The notes below the pieces were generated by a model. It did no database searches. It saw nothing but the letters and a program-made list of their open reading frames with translations, and was not told the DNA's origin. The position numbers were made by a program, and so were the translations under genes. Of a stretch of 64,000 nt of DNA, positions 12,115 through 27,800 are shown piece after piece (position 1 is the stretch's first letter; every line of letters begins with the position of its first letter). Where the stretch lies: NCBI RefSeq assembly GCF_009914755.1, contig NC_060928.1, one strand, 5' to 3'. This DNA is from the human T2T-CHM13v2.0 reference genome, Homo sapiens.

Positions 12115-13257
12115 ACAAGAACTGTCAGCTCACATGAAAGTTAGCATGCTTTTGTAATTTCAGGCCATAGTCTGAATTATTTTTCTTCAATTAATATGAA
12201 TTATATTCCATGAACAATAAGAATTGAATTCATAATATGTCAAATTCAATAAAAAAACAGAACTCTAAGATTCCTCCAGATATTCTTGGAATACCCTCAA
12301 TTATGAGGACAGGGCCATAATCTTTGTACAGCAAATTTCCATTTTTCTAGAATGGCTGGGGAATTGTGAATTCTAATTCGGTTATCTTACAGTCGCTGAT
12401 ATAACTTACATAGGCTAATCATTTGCAAAGAATTAGTACACAGTGTGTAATGGAATACATGGACTGCTGAATGTCAATTTCAGTAGTACTTGACAATAAT
12501 AGTGAACACTTACATAATACTAAGTACATCAGGTACTTAAGTTCATTTAATTTCCCCTTTTCTATGAATAGGTATGGTTACTATTGCTCTTGTGAAGATG
12601 AGGCAGCTGAGAACTGTCACACAGCTAGAAAATGATAGAGCTGGAATTTAAACCCAGGTCATGAGTTTCCAGAGAGCATGCACTTCAACCCTATGATAAA
12701 TGGCCTTGCTTATGAGTTACAGAACATTTTAGGATGTCACAGGATCTCTCTTCTGAGCATTGCTGTTCACCAGTGTAGAAGTTGTAGGGGATTAGAATTA
12801 ACCCTATGTCAGACCCAACCCCTTTCCCTTTCCACACCTTCCACTACCCTTATCACTGTGACACCTATCAGAGCATTGCACGTATTAAAGGTGCAGTAAA
12901 TATCTCTTATCTATGAACTTGGATCATTCAAAGCCTTTTTTTTTCCCAGAAAACCTCAGCTCTCAGTTTATTTTTATTCATTTCTTTCTTACAAAATCAT
13001 GGTGGATCCTACACAACCAAAATATGATTATTTAACTGTTTCGTTCAGGATAATATATAAGATTCTTCACACATGTTAGACTCATATGTGGCATATCCTG
13101 ACCAAAGCAAGCTTTACCCAACTCAGTAAAGAAGACTATGTATCTGTTTTCATTCTTTTGAGAAAAAGTTTCTTGTTCATGCCAGATGAACCACATCTGC
13201 ATTTCTGCATATAACATGTTAAAGGGTTTCTTTGACACTGGACTTAATGCAGGTCAC

Positions 13258-13705
13258 TGCTATGGTTTGGATATGGTCTGTCCCTGCCAAAACTCATGTT
13301 GAAATTTGATCCCCAATTTCGCAGTGTTGGGAGGTGGGGCCTAGTGGGAGGTATTTAGGTCATAGGGGCAGATCTCTCATACATAGATTAATACTCTCCC
13401 CTGAGGAGGTGAGTGAGTCCTTCAGGGAATGGATTAGTTTCCCCAACAGTGGATTGTTAAAAAGCATATGACTTCCTCTGTTTCTCTCTCTTGCTTCCTC
13501 TCTTGCCATGCAGTCTCTTTGCACACATACCTGCTCCCCTTCCACTTGCCACAATGAGTTGAAGCAGCTTGAGACCCTCACCAGATACAGCTGCCCAATT
13601 TTGAACCTTCCAGCCACAAGAATCATGAATCAAATAAACCTCTTTTCTTTATAAATTATTCATCCTCAGGTATCCTGTTATAGCAACACAAAACAGACTA
13701 AGACA
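13258..13705 (+). mobile_element. MaLR solo LTR (MST family)
   Basis: TGCTATGGTTTGGATATGG...AATAAACCTCTTTTC...GACTAAGACA. Confidence 0.85.
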
Positions 13706-15854
13706 GGCACAAAAAATTTTATTGAAAACTGAACTCATAATCTAAGATGAGACCTTTACAACAAACTTGAATATCCTGTGAGTTTACCCTCTCAAAGGTG
13801 GCCGGGGAGCATGCCCAGCCCTGCAGTGCTCCTTTTCTGGGTGATCCATGCTGTTCTTGTCCCTAGCAGTTGAGATACTTGCTTCTAGTTTCAAGTCCTT
13901 ATGGACTTCCTTACTCATCCAGAGCCTGGCTTGCTGGGGCTGCAGCTCTCTGACTCTCCCATCTGACTGCCAAGGTTAATTCATCATCTTTGCAAGAGGC
14001 AAACGCTCCCTTTTGATAGGAAGAGCCACTTCCTATTTGGAGAACCAAAATCAGATGTCCTGTTACACAGAAACATGGACTGTTGACATTGCCCATGCCA
14101 CTTTGTTTAATCACTATGGCTGACACTGTGTGGGTTTCTGTGGCACACTGGTCAGCACACAGTAAGTAGTAATACGTTAAGTTGGCTGTTGAATGTACCT
14201 GGGAATACACCATGAGCCAGTTTTGTTTCTGTACAACCATTTTCCTGGGAATCAATGCAGCTCTTGGAAACTGCTTCAGGATAGTACATACAAGCACACA
14301 CTGCAGCAATGTTTTTGAAGATATGAGAAGGAGGAAGATGTGCCAGTGGTTCAAGAAACATAACATGGTTTTAAAATACAGCCTAATGTGTTTAGTAACA
14401 CAGGTGTGCTACTTTGTCTTAAAATTAAATATTAACATGGCCAGAAATCTTCCTGTTTATTCCTGCTTCTAATAAAGCTAACTTTATGTGGTGTTTGGTT
14501 GGTTTTAATAAATCTAGACCACAGAAAGAAAAACACTTCATCTGACAATACAACTTTAAAGCACCCTATTTTAGATACCTACAAAACGAAATTCTCATAA
14601 TTATCAAGCTTCAACTATCAACATAATTAACATGGGCTTTAATTAAGTTTCTTTTTTTTTCCCCACTAAAAAAAGAAAAAGAAAACTTACCATCTGCATT
14701 CACCCAGAAGCACATGCATGGTTGAAATCAGACCGTCTGGGTGTTTTGGACACAAAAGAAACCTTTGACCACTCTGATTTGAGCATATGAGTGTCAAGAA
14801 CCCCCAGAACAGAGCCAATCCAAAACGCGCTACAGTGTTTCTATTCAGAGGCCATCAATGTGCCTCTTTAACGGTTTTTCAGAATCCCAGGAAATTGTGA
14901 TTACATGGCATTAGCTTTTCATTTTCTGAAGAATGGATGAAAAGCATGAAAGTCCTCTTGACAATGTGAAGAAAAGTATTTTTGGTTCTGGTATACTTCT
15001 GCTGTTTTCTGATAAACACTACACAGAAAATGCCTTTAAGATACCACACAATTATACATACAATTGTAGCTCAGTGGTGCCCGTGCTAGAGAGACTACAA
15101 CCTTATCCAGGGAGAAAAAGACCCCCAAATGGCAATTGTTCTCAGTGAACAGTCACTTAGTCAAGGATGGTATTCATTCTAGCAATATCATGAATTTATT
15201 TTCCTTTCTCTGTGAGATGCTCTTATGTTACCATGGAAGTAATCTTAATTCAGCATTTTTTTGGGCAAGGTGGGGGTTGGCGGGGGTGATATTTCCAAGT
15301 AAATAACCGTAGGTTTTGACTGGAAATTTACTTCATTTGGCTGATTCTGTACTTGCTATATTGAAGAAGAAAGTACTTAATAGTCCATTGTGTGTACAAA
15401 TTGTGAAAATAACATTGGTCTGGTTATATTACATGTGGACCAATAGTATTTACCAAATATCAATAAAAAGCACAAAGATTGGACCAGATTGTCAGTGGAT
15501 TCTAAGAATATTTATGCAAACCCTAAGATTCCTGCAAGATTCAGGTAAGAAACCAAAGTAGAAATCATGGAATATTTTATGGCAAGATAAGGATTGAGGC
15601 TATCACCACTCACGCTATTATCCATTAACTGTATTGCAAGCTCATCAAATGATATTTAAGTCTCAGCAGAGACCTCAAAGGCTCTAAGCGTGTGCTTTTT
15701 GAATTTTAATGGTGTAAGAATTGCTTGGATAGGTGTTTATAAAAGATTCAGATTCTCAGATTTCCCTCAGAGATCATTTTATTATATCTAGAGTGGGGCC
15801 CAGAAGCCCGCATCTAAAAAAATATACCAGATGATTCTGCAGCAATGGTCTATG

Positions 15855-16126
15855 TCGCTGTGTCACCCAGGCTGGAGTGTAGTGGCATGCCCACAGCTCA
15901 CTGCAGCCTTGACCTCCTGGGCTCAAGCAATCCTTCCACCTCAGCCTCCCAAGTAGCTGGGACTACAGGCATGCAGCACCATGCCCGGCTGATTTTTGTC
16001 TTTTTTATAGAGATGGGTTTTCACCATGTTGCCCAGGCTGGTCTCAATCTCCTGGGCTCAAGCGATTTGCCTGCCTCGGCCTCCCAAAGTGCTGGGATTA
16101 CAGGTGTAAGTCACTGTGCCCAGCCT
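15855..16126 (-). mobile_element. AluJ
   Basis: Antisense Alu with J-type positions, tail lost. Confidence 0.88.
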
Positions 16127-16564
16127 GTGATTGACTCTTAAAGAAAATTTTTAAAAAGTACAACTATTACATATCAACTAAAAATGAAAAGAAAAATACA
16201 TTTTAAAAAGAAATATAACTTAGCCCTTTTTAATCCACTTGAAATACCTACCTAACCTTCAGATCGTCCTCATCTGTTGAAGTACTTGTACTCATCTTTT
16301 TAAGATTAATTCATCCCCAGGTTTGGATAAATATATATCTTTCCTGTCTCCATAGTAACGTAGTTATAAATGACCACTTCAGTGTCACCTAGCTGGGAGA
16401 GCAAAGGAAATGCATTGTGACAAAACCCCCTACCACAGCCATACATATCTTGAAACAACTCAAGTTAGAATGGACTATCATTGACCTTGATATCTGCTTA
16501 TTTTGCAATGATAGGGAAAATGGTATGTGCTTTTTTTTCTCCCCTCTTCACCCATTTTGTATAT

Positions 16565-16710
16565 CCTAGCTTCTCAAAGTGTGGTCTGTGGACCAGTAGC
16601 ATCAGTATCACCTGAAAGTTTATTTGAAATACAGAATCTAAGGCCCTGCCCTGACCTACTGAATTACAATCTGCCCTGTGAACAAGATCCCTTGTGATCC
16701 CTGAGTATAT
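16565..16710. mobile_element. MER5-type DNA-transposon fossil (similar remnants at ~10590-10690 and ~15725-15845)
   Basis: CTTCTCAAAGTGTGGTCTGTGGACCAGTAGCATCAGTATCACCTG. Confidence 0.7.
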
Positions 16711-17056
16711 GAAAGATGGAGGTGGTGAACAACAGCCTTTTTTAGAAAGCAATAAATGAAAGAGTATAGGTTTCCTCACAGCAAAGTTAAGCATGCTGTA
16801 TGTAACATCAAAATGAACAAGTAAGTTCTATGGACTAAGGTAGACACTTTTCTTTTCCTTCTAAGATCATGTATTTGACACTACTACAAATGATCATTCT
16901 GGGCTCTATCCCCAACTTTTGCCCCTGAACCTGGGATAGCCCTGTAACTTGGGCTATCTCAAGATTCTTATTGCCGTGACAGTATTTCACCATGGTTCAC
17001 TGCTCTTCCTCTCCCAATTCCCCTCCCACCTCCCTCCCTCCAGACACCAAGTCTCA

Positions 17057-17472
<416 letters not shown>

Positions 17473-18339
17473 TTGAGCCAAGATGGGGCTTGAGAAGTAC
17501 CAGGGCCCATTGTTAGCACCTTACAAGTATTAACACAGTCCATCTTTACAATAACTCTGTGGCATATGTTATGTACAGTCATTTGCTGAACACCACACAA
17601 CTGGAAAGGCCACCCAACTAGGAAGGGGCAGAGGGTTGGCTGCAAAGGTTGTGCTCTGGATCACCATATAGGAAAATGGGAGCAAACTAGATGGTGACTG
17701 CTAGGGGAAGAGGAGCACATGAAGCTCCCACAAAACCCCCATCTCACAGTGTGTTAATCTTCATGTCAAGTGTGAAGCAAACACAGTTTCCTGCTTCCAA
17801 GTTCCACCCCTGCCTTGACTCCTGCACTCATTTCTCTTCAAAGGAACTACTGCCATTTCCACTGAGATTGGGTGTATATAGAAACCACAGCACTGCAAGG
17901 CAGATAAGTGCTGTGGAAAGTAACAGCAGAGTGCCATGGAAGCCTGGAGAGCCAAGAGGGTAGTGCCCATCAGGGAACTGGGCCAAAATGAATCTACTTT
18001 GCAAATTAATTTCTAGGCTTCCTGAAGGAAGTGGCATTCGTCAAGCCATGCGGGTCATGCAGCTGGCTAAGGGGCAGAAGGCCCTCCAGGCAGTGGGCAC
18101 AGTGCCAGTCAAGGTATAGGACTGGATAATGCTAAGTCATACCTAAAGTTGTGTTCAGCTGCTTGGAGGGGCAAGTGAGAGAGAGCATAGGAAGAGCAGT
18201 CACCCTCTCAGAGGTGACTTGTTTTGCTGTGTTATACAATAAAGACAGCAAAAGTCTTAAGTTCATTTCTAATTCACATGCTTGTTCATCAAGGCATGGT
18301 AACTCAACTTACAGTTTAGCCAGGAAGAGGCATATTTAC

Positions 18340-18825
18340 CATTGCGTTGGAATCCCCTTCCCTGGTCGGAGGCAACTCCTACTTTGGAGCCTACCCTGGA
18401 ATCTCAAAATGTCAGTTACCCACTTTCCCAGCTTCCCTTGCAGCTGGGACCAGAGATGCATCAGTGTCACTGTCTGAGGAGAGTCCATGTAGAAGACAGT
18501 GGCAGCAGAGGTGGCAGATACATACAGCTTGAAGAGCTGTCAGTGGCTGTGGTTTTAGTGCAAGAGTCCCCGGTTCTGTGTGAGTGGTGGGGGTCGTTCA
18601 AGTTGTGTATCTGGACCTACTACAGCAGCAGTGCTGGCTTCACAGGGCCAGTTTCAAAGCATGATCTGGGGCACACACGTACACACATGTACTGGTGCCT
18701 TCTGGCTGTATAGTCTGTAAGACTTCTCCAGATGAACCGTTCAGTATTCTTTAATAAATTTCCGTTCTCTTTAAAACAGCCAGATTTGCTATATCTTGCT
18801 TGCAACTGAGAATCGTGACTGATAC
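18340..18825 (+). mobile_element. Old MLT1-type LTR remnant
   Basis: MLT1-like 3' end AATAAATTTCC...TGCAACTGAGAATCGTGACTGATAC. Confidence 0.55.
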
Positions 18826-18846
18826 TTTCAGTATGTCAGAGAATAA

Positions 18847-19264
<418 letters not shown>

Positions 19265-19775
19265 TAAATCATTTGATGATAACATTTGGACCTCATACTC
19301 TAGATTGTGCGGAGCTAGGACTGAAAGTGTGGGAACCTGTAGAACAGCTGTAATAAGAAACATAAGGAAGATGAGGAGACCCTTGTATGAAATTACACAA
19401 ATCCAAGGTGTTTTCTCCTATGAGCCTTTCATGGAATTGTAAGAGGTAGAATAAAGGCCCAAATTATTTTGTTCTGTTACAAGAACACTGATTGCTAAAC
19501 TCATATTCATTTAGGACTTTTGGGGGCTCCAAAATTTATCTACTCAAAATTAGCAGAATTGTATGGAGTGGTGTGAACAGAGAGGCCCCAAACCAAAAGC
19601 AGGTGATTACATTTGCTATAGGTAAAACAAACTTCAGTGTGACAAAAAAGAATGCTCAAGAACATTGATGAGTGTTTTCTTTTAAGCTAAGTTGCCAATT
19701 AAACTGTACCAGCAGTAACAGCGCCGTATTATGCCATAATGATCCCAGAAGAGATAGACTTTAAAATATGGTCCC

Positions 19776-20095
<320 letters not shown>

Positions 20096-20832
20096 TAAAT
20101 TTATAAATTTGAGAAATCATCAAATTCACTCCTATGAGGAAAATCATTATTTCAACGGAAATATTAAGTATTCAAACAACTTGACAGAACATACTGTAGA
20201 AAAAGATTTATTTTTTTGTGTCCTCTACTATAATGTAAGCTCTGTGATAGTAGGGTCTTTCCTTGTACATTTCCATGCTGTGCTCCCAACACATGGTAGG
20301 TGCTAAATCAAACTTGACTAGAGGGAAGAGGCACTCATAACTCCTTTAGAATTTGTGAAGAAAAGTGCATTATATATGGTTTATTTTCCTGACCATATCT
20401 TTGCAGCACACTTTTATCAATGAGTATTTTTAGGTGGTAAAACAGGTTACTGTTTAGTCTCTATTCCTTTTCATTCCTACATAAATGAGTGCTAACTAAC
20501 AAGTCATATCTCAGTTAGGTCTTGCTTGTTCTACACATTACTTCTTCTTTTAGGACTTTCTGTTTTCATTGTTGAAGAGAAGTTAGTTAGACACAAAAGA
20601 ACTTGACTTGGACACTCTTGGATTTCTCCACATAAGTCAGTATAAAGTATGTTTTATTTGATGATGTGACAGAATGTAAAGAAGTGTTTTAAATCTGGAA
20701 AACAGTTTTAGTAAAGTATAAGGGTTTAGAAACCTCTATGAATCTCTAATATTCTCCCTCTATTTTAAGCAATTGAAGAACTCTTGAAAGATAGCTCTTA
20801 GACTTTCCAGAGAGAGTTTCCTTCTTTTTCCT

Positions 20833-21157
<325 letters not shown>

Positions 21158-21629
21158 TAAATTGTCAATTTGTTTATGAGTCTGCCATCCTCCATCTACT
21201 TTGCATAACTAATATCACACACAATATTAATAATGTTCTTTCATATTGGGATTGGGAATGAGAATTTAATTTTAAATGTATTCCACAAATAATTTGATAG
21301 TTGCTTCCGTAAATGTCATTTTTAATGTACTTAAACTGTTTTCCCAACAACTCTGGCAATAAGCCATACTATGTGGCAAAGGCTTTCGTTTTTTTCTTGG
21401 ATTAAATAAAACAACATATTTACTTTCATTTTTGTTTGACTTTTAACAACTTATTGCTGTGACTCACTCTGCTAACCTTGAATTTTAAAAATAAATAGTA
21501 GTTTCTGGTCATCTTTAGTTTTCTCACCATTTTTTAAAAAGAAAAAAACTGAATACAAACTTAACAAGAACATAAAGTGCCTCTAACTATTCTATTACAT
21601 TTACATTCCAATTCCAGAAGACAGACAAT

Positions 21630-22043
21630 TGTATTAGTTTCCCAGGGCTGTCCTAACAAGGTACTTCAAACTGGGTGGCTTAAAACAACAGAAATGTGTT
21701 GTCTCATAGCTCTGGAAGCTGGACATCTGAAATCAAGGTGTGGTTGGCAAGGCCATTTTACCCCAGTAGGGGAAAACCTGCAGGGAAATCATTCTTTGCC
21801 TCTTCCTCGCTGTGGCAGTTTGTCAGCAATCTTTGGCCTTCCTTGGCTGGTAGATGCATCACTCCAATCTTGATTTCCAGCCATCTTCCTATAAGCCCAC
21901 CCTTCTTCAGTATAAGCTTGTCTTAACTTCTTGACTAATTAGATGGGCAATGATCCTATTTCAAATAATGACCCAATCTGAAATAATGGGAGTTAGTGGC
22001 TTCAACATATCTCTTTTGAGGGGACACAATTCAACCTATATCA
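21630..22043 (-). mobile_element. MLT1 (B/C-like) LTR
   Basis: TGTATTAGTTTCC...AAACTGGGTGGCTTAAAACAACAGAAAT...GACACAATTCAACC. Confidence 0.8.
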
Positions 22044-22119
22044 ACTATTTTGCTTTAAAAAACTAACAATTATTTGTATAGTATGGTTAATTCCAATTAT
22101 ATTATTAAAAGTATTTCTT

Positions 22120-22432
22120 GGCCAGGGACAGTGGCTCATAACCTGCAGTCTCAGCACTTTGGGAGGCTGAGGCGTGTGGATTGCTTGAGCCCCAGAGTTC
22201 AAGACCAGCCTGGGAAACATGGCAAAACCCCACCTCTACAAAATATACAACATTAGCCAGGTGTGGTGGCTCATGCCTATAGTCCCAGCTACCCAGCTAC
22301 TCGAGAGGCTGAGAGGTGGGAGGATTGCTTGAGCCTGGGACGTCGATGCTGTCGTGAGCGGGGATTGCACCACTGCACACTCCAGCCTGGGTGACAGAGC
22401 AAGGCTCTGTTTCTAAAAATAAATAAATAAAA
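22120..22432 (+). mobile_element. AluJ
   Basis: Sense dimer; small duplication CCCAGCTA. Confidence 0.88.
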
Positions 22433-22656
22433 AGCATTTCTTAGAAGAAAAATTTGATCTAGCAATTTGAAAGGAAAACTTGAATGTGGTTCAGCAAAAC
22501 CATGAGAAGAGGCAGTGTCATGTGAGTTAAGACACATCAAGAAGAACAGAGGTTTAGGGAGCAGGTAGACATATTTCTCCCCCTTTTGTTCATGACATGT
22601 CATCATCTACAAACATCTGGAAGAAAGAAAAATCTGATACATGTGGGTTTGCTAAT

Positions 22657-23030
22657 TGCTATGGACTGAATTGTGATCCCCTAAAATTCATATGTTGAAG
22701 TCCTAACCCCCAATATGATAGTATTTGGAGATGAGGCCTTTATGAGTAATTACATTTAGATGAGGTCCTGGGAGTGAAGGGACCTGGGATTAGGTGCTGA
22801 TAAGAAGAGAACACCAGAGAGCTTGCTCTCTGTCTGTCTCTCTCCTCTGTGTGAAGACACAGTCAGAAGGTGACCATCTGCAAACTAGGAAGAGAGGTCT
22901 CACCAGACCCTGATCATACAGGCACCCGATCTTGGAATTTCAGCCTCAGAACTGCAAGAAAAAAGGTTTCTGCTGGTTAAGCCACCCAGTTTATGGCATT
23001 TTGTTAAGGCAGCTCAAACTGACTAAGAAA
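22657..23030 (+). mobile_element. MLT1A-like LTR
   Basis: TGCTATGGACTGAATTGTG...GACTAAGA. Confidence 0.8.
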
Positions 23031-24836
23031 AGGATGCAAAAACAGATTCATTCAATAAAATCTTGCATTAAAATGTTGTTTTCAAATAACTAAGCAATGC
23101 AGATATCAGGGCCAAGAGTCAATTCTACATGAGTAATGCTGAGGGAAAGTGGTCCACAGACTGGTCAGGGGTGCAGAGGACAGAGGATTTTGCCTGCTGG
23201 TCATGAATACAATGACTAGGCAATATCTTTCCCCACCATCCAGGAGATTTAGAGTCAAATTATTGATCATCTTTGCAGGGGATGACCTTGTAATAATAAT
23301 GACAAACACACACAAGGCACTTACTGTGAACTTGACACTATTCTAAGCACTTTAAAAAACCTTAGCAACCCTATGAAGTAGGTACTATGATTCTTCCCAT
23401 TTTATAGATGAGGAAATTGAGGCACAGATTAAATAATTTGCCCTGGTTGCCGCTATGAAGTAATAGAACCCAAGTCCATGTTCGCAATTACTCTGCTATG
23501 CTGCCATAAAGTTTCATATTCAGGAATCAAACCACTAATCTCTAAGCAATAATGCACTTCCTTAATAATATGGTTCTTTTTGTAATAATACAAAATTCTA
23601 GTATGTACTGACTTAGAGCAGTGTATGTGTGTGTGTGTGTGTATGTGTGTGTCAGAAGTCCAAAGGTCAAAAACACATATCACCAGAAATCATCATAATT
23701 TAAATACTCTGAAACACATCCAATTCCAGTGGAATTAATTTCCTGATAGCATCTTTACATTATTGTAAAGATAATTTGGACTTTGGTCCAAATGTTAAAA
23801 AAATATATAATTGTTTACACTTGGACTTTGATATTCTGCACAGGCGTATGAACCTACCCACTTCCCTTTACAAAATCGTTAGAAGAAGAATTAAGTTAGA
23901 GCTAAATTGCTAAAATTTGACAAAAATGAATACTGTAAATGTTTTAAGAAAAAGTTCATGTTCTCTTACAAACAATTTTGGATTATCCATATTAAGCAAA
24001 TATCTCAGGGTAGATCATTGTTCCTTATGATAATTGATTTAAGCCTTATTACTAGATGGTATAAAATCCCAGAATTGACAACTGAACCTACCAGAAGCAC
24101 AGAGTGATAAATTTTTCACAAACACTTTGAAATATTGATAAGTAGAAAATGTGTCTGTATTTCTCTTTTCCAATACATTTAACAGTGGTTGTATTTTAGA
24201 ATGTAGGTGTTCTATTTATGCTGTTTAACTATTGATAATGTCTCTTTATGTATGAGCTGATATTTGTAAATGTGTGTATATTTATAAACATATATTTGTG
24301 TGTATATATGTACACACATAGATTGTATATACACATATTTATTATCATTCATGTCTGTTTTTGAAGAGGCTGAATTGTGTGCACAATTTCTGAACTTTTT
24401 TTAATATATATATAGTTTAAGTTCTGTAATACATGTGCAGAACATGCAGGATTGTTACCCAGGTATACACATGCCATGGTGGTTTGCTGCACTGATCAAC
24501 CCGTCATCTACATTAGATATTTCTCCTAATGCTCTCCCTCCCCTAGCCCCCAAACCCCTGACAGGCCCTGGTGTGTGATGTTCCCCTCCCTGTGTCCATG
24601 TGCTCTCATTGTTCAATTCCCACCTGTGAGTGAGAACATGTGGTGTTTGGTTTTCTGTTCCTGTGTTAGTTTGCTGAGAATGATGGTTTCCAGTTTCATC
24701 CATGTCCCTGCAAAGGACATGAACTTATCCTTTTTTATGGCTGCATAGTATTCCATGGTGTATATGTGCCACATTTTCTTTATCCAGTCTATCATTGATG
24801 GGCATTTGGGTTGGCTCCAAGTCTTTGCTATTGTGA

Positions 24837-24888
24837 ACAGTTCTTCAATAAACATATGTGTGACAGTTCTTCAATAAACATATGTGTG
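24837..24888. repeat. 26-bp perfect tandem duplication inside the L1
   Basis: ACAGTTCTTCAATAAACATATGTGTG twice. Confidence 0.95.
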
Positions 24889-27800
24889 CATGTGTCTTTA
24901 TAGCAGCATGATTTATAGTCCTTTGGGTATATACCCAGTAATGGGATTGCTGGGTCAAATGGTATTTCTGGTTCTAGATCCTTGAGGAATCGCCACGCTA
25001 TCTTCCACAATGGTTGAACTAATTTACACTCCCACCAGCAGTGTAAATGCGTTCCTATTTCTCCACATCCTCTCCAGCACCTGTTGTTTCCTGACTTTTT
25101 AATGATTAGCATTGTAACTGGCGTGAGATGGTATCTCACTGTGTTTTTGATTTGCATTTCTCTAATGACCAGTGATGATGAGCTTTTTGTTATATATTTG
25201 TTGGCTGCATAAATATCTTCTTTTGAGAAGCACTTGTTCATATCCTTTGCCCACTTTTTAATGGGGTTGTTTGTTTCTTTCTTGTAAATTTGTTTAAGTT
25301 CCTTGTAGATTCTGGATATTAGCCCTTTGTCAGACGGATAGATTGCAAAAGTTTTCTCCCATTCTGTAGGTTGCCTGTTCACTCTGATGACAGTTTCTTT
25401 TGCTGTGCAGAAGCTCTTTAGTTTAATTAGATCCCATTTGTCAATTTTGGCTTTTGTTCCCATTGCTTTTGGTGTGATAGTCATGAAGTCCTTCCCCGTG
25501 CCTATGCCCTGAATGGTACTGCCTAGGTTTTCTTCTAGGGTTTTTACGGTTTTAGGTCTTACGTTTAAGTCTTTAATCCATCTTGAGTTAATTTTTGTGT
25601 AAGGTATAAGGAAGGGGTCTAGTTCCAGTGTTCTGCATATGGCTAGCCAGGTTTTCCCAACACCATTTATTAAATAGGGAATATTTCCCCATTGCTTGTT
25701 TTTGTCAGGTTTGTCAAAGATCTGATGGTTGTAAATGTGTGGCATTATTTCTGAGGTCTCTGTTCTGTTCCATTGGTCTATATATCTGTTTTGGTACCAG
25801 TACCATGCTGTTTTGGTTACTGTAGCCTTGTAGTATAGTTTGAAGTCAGGTAGCATGATACATCCAGCTTTGTTTTTTTTTTTTTTTTTTTGCTTAGGAT
25901 TGTCTTAGCTATACAGGCTCTTTTTTGGTTCCATATGAAATTTAAAGTAGTTTTTTCTAATTCTGTGAAGGAAGACAATGGTAGCTTCGTGGGGATAGCA
26001 TTTAATTTATACTTTGGGCAGTTTGGCCATTTTCATGATATTGATTCTTCCTATCCATGAGCATGAAAAGTTTTTCCACTTGTTTGTGTCCTCTCTTATT
26101 TCCTTGAGCAGTGGTTTGTAATTCTACACATCCTTCACATCCCCTGTAAGTTGTATTCCTAGGTATTTTATTCTCTTTGTAGCAATTGTGAATGGGAGTT
26201 CACTCATGATTTGGCTCTCTGTTTGTCTATTATTGTTGTATAGGAATGCCTGTGATTTTTGCACATTGATTTTGTATCCTGAGACTTTGCTGAAGTTGCT
26301 TATCAGCTTAAGGAGATTTGGGGCTGAGATGATGGGGTTTTCTAAATATAAAATCATGTCATCTGCAAACACAGACAATTTGACTTCCTCTCTTCCTATT
26401 TGAATACCCTTTATTCTTTCTCCTGCCTGATTGCCCTGGCCAGAACTTGCAATACTGTGTTGAATAGGAGTGGTGAGAGAAAGCATCCTTGTCTTGTGCT
26501 TGTTTTCAAAGGGAATGCTTCCAGCTTTTGCCCATTCAGTGTGATACTGGCTGTGGGTTTGTCATAAATAGCTCTTATTATTTTGAGATACCTTTCATCA
26601 ATATCTAGTTTATTGAATTTTTAGCATGAAGGGGTTTTGAATTTTATCAAAGGCCTTCTCTGCATCTATTGAGATAATCATGTGGTTTTGTTATTGGTTC
26701 TGTTTATGTGATGGATTATGTTTATTGATTTGTGTATGTTGAACCAGCCTTGCATCCTCAGGATGAAGCTGACTTGATCATGATGGATAAGTTTTTTGAT
26801 GTGCTGCTGGATTCGGTTTGCCAGTATTTCATTGAGGATTTTCGCATCAATGTTCATTAGGGATATTGGCCTGAAATTTTCTTTTTTTGTTGTGTCTCTG
26901 CCAGGGATTGGTATCAGGATGATGCTAGCCTCATAAAATGAGTTAGGGAGGAGTCCCTGTTTTTCTATTGTTTGGAATAGTTTCAGAAGGAACCGCATCA
27001 GCTCCTCTTTGTACCTCTGGTAGAATTTGGCTGTGAATCCATCTGGTCCTGGGCGTTTTTTGGTTGGTAGACTATTAACTGCTGCCTCAATTTCAGAACT
27101 TGTTATTGGTCTATTCAAGGATTCAACTTCTTCCCGGTTTAGTCTTGAGAGGGTGTATGTGTCCAGGAATTTATCCATTTCTTTTAGATTTTCTAGTTTA
27201 TTTGCATAGAGGTGTTTATGGTATTCTCTGATGGTAGTTTGTGTTTCTGTGGGATCCGTGGTGATATCCCCTTTATCATTTTTTATTGTGTCTATTTGAT
27301 TCTTCACTCTTTTCTTCTTTATTAGTCTGGCCAGTGGTCTATTTTGTTAATCTTTTCCAAAAACCAGCTCCTGGATTCACTGATTTTTTGATTTTTCGTG
27401 TCTCTATCTCCTTCAGTTCTGCTCTGATCTCAGTTACTTCTTGTGTTCTGCTACCTTTTGAATTTGTTTGCTCTTTCTTCTCTAGTTCTGTTAATTGTGA
27501 TGTTAGGGTGTCAACTTTAGATCTTTCCCTTTTTCCTGTGGGCATTTAGTGCTATAAATTTCCCTCTAAACACTGCTTTAGCTGTGTCCCAGAGATGCTG
27601 GTACATGGTGTCTTTGTTCTCATTGGTTTCAAATAACATATTTATTTGTGCCTTAATTTTATTATTTGCCCAGTAGTCATTCAGGAGCAGGTTGTTCAGT
27701 TTCCATGTAGTTGTGTGGTTTTGAGTGAGTTTCTTAATCCCGAGTTCTAGTTTGATTGCACTGTGGTCTGAGAGACTGTTTGTTTTGATTTCTGTTCTTT

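Noticed and set aside
14182-14472. Overlapping 96-151 aa ORFs in unique sequence
   Set aside because: No recognisable protein similarity or convincing splice signals
23621-23652. (TG)n microsatellite
   Set aside because: Short, interrupted and ordinary
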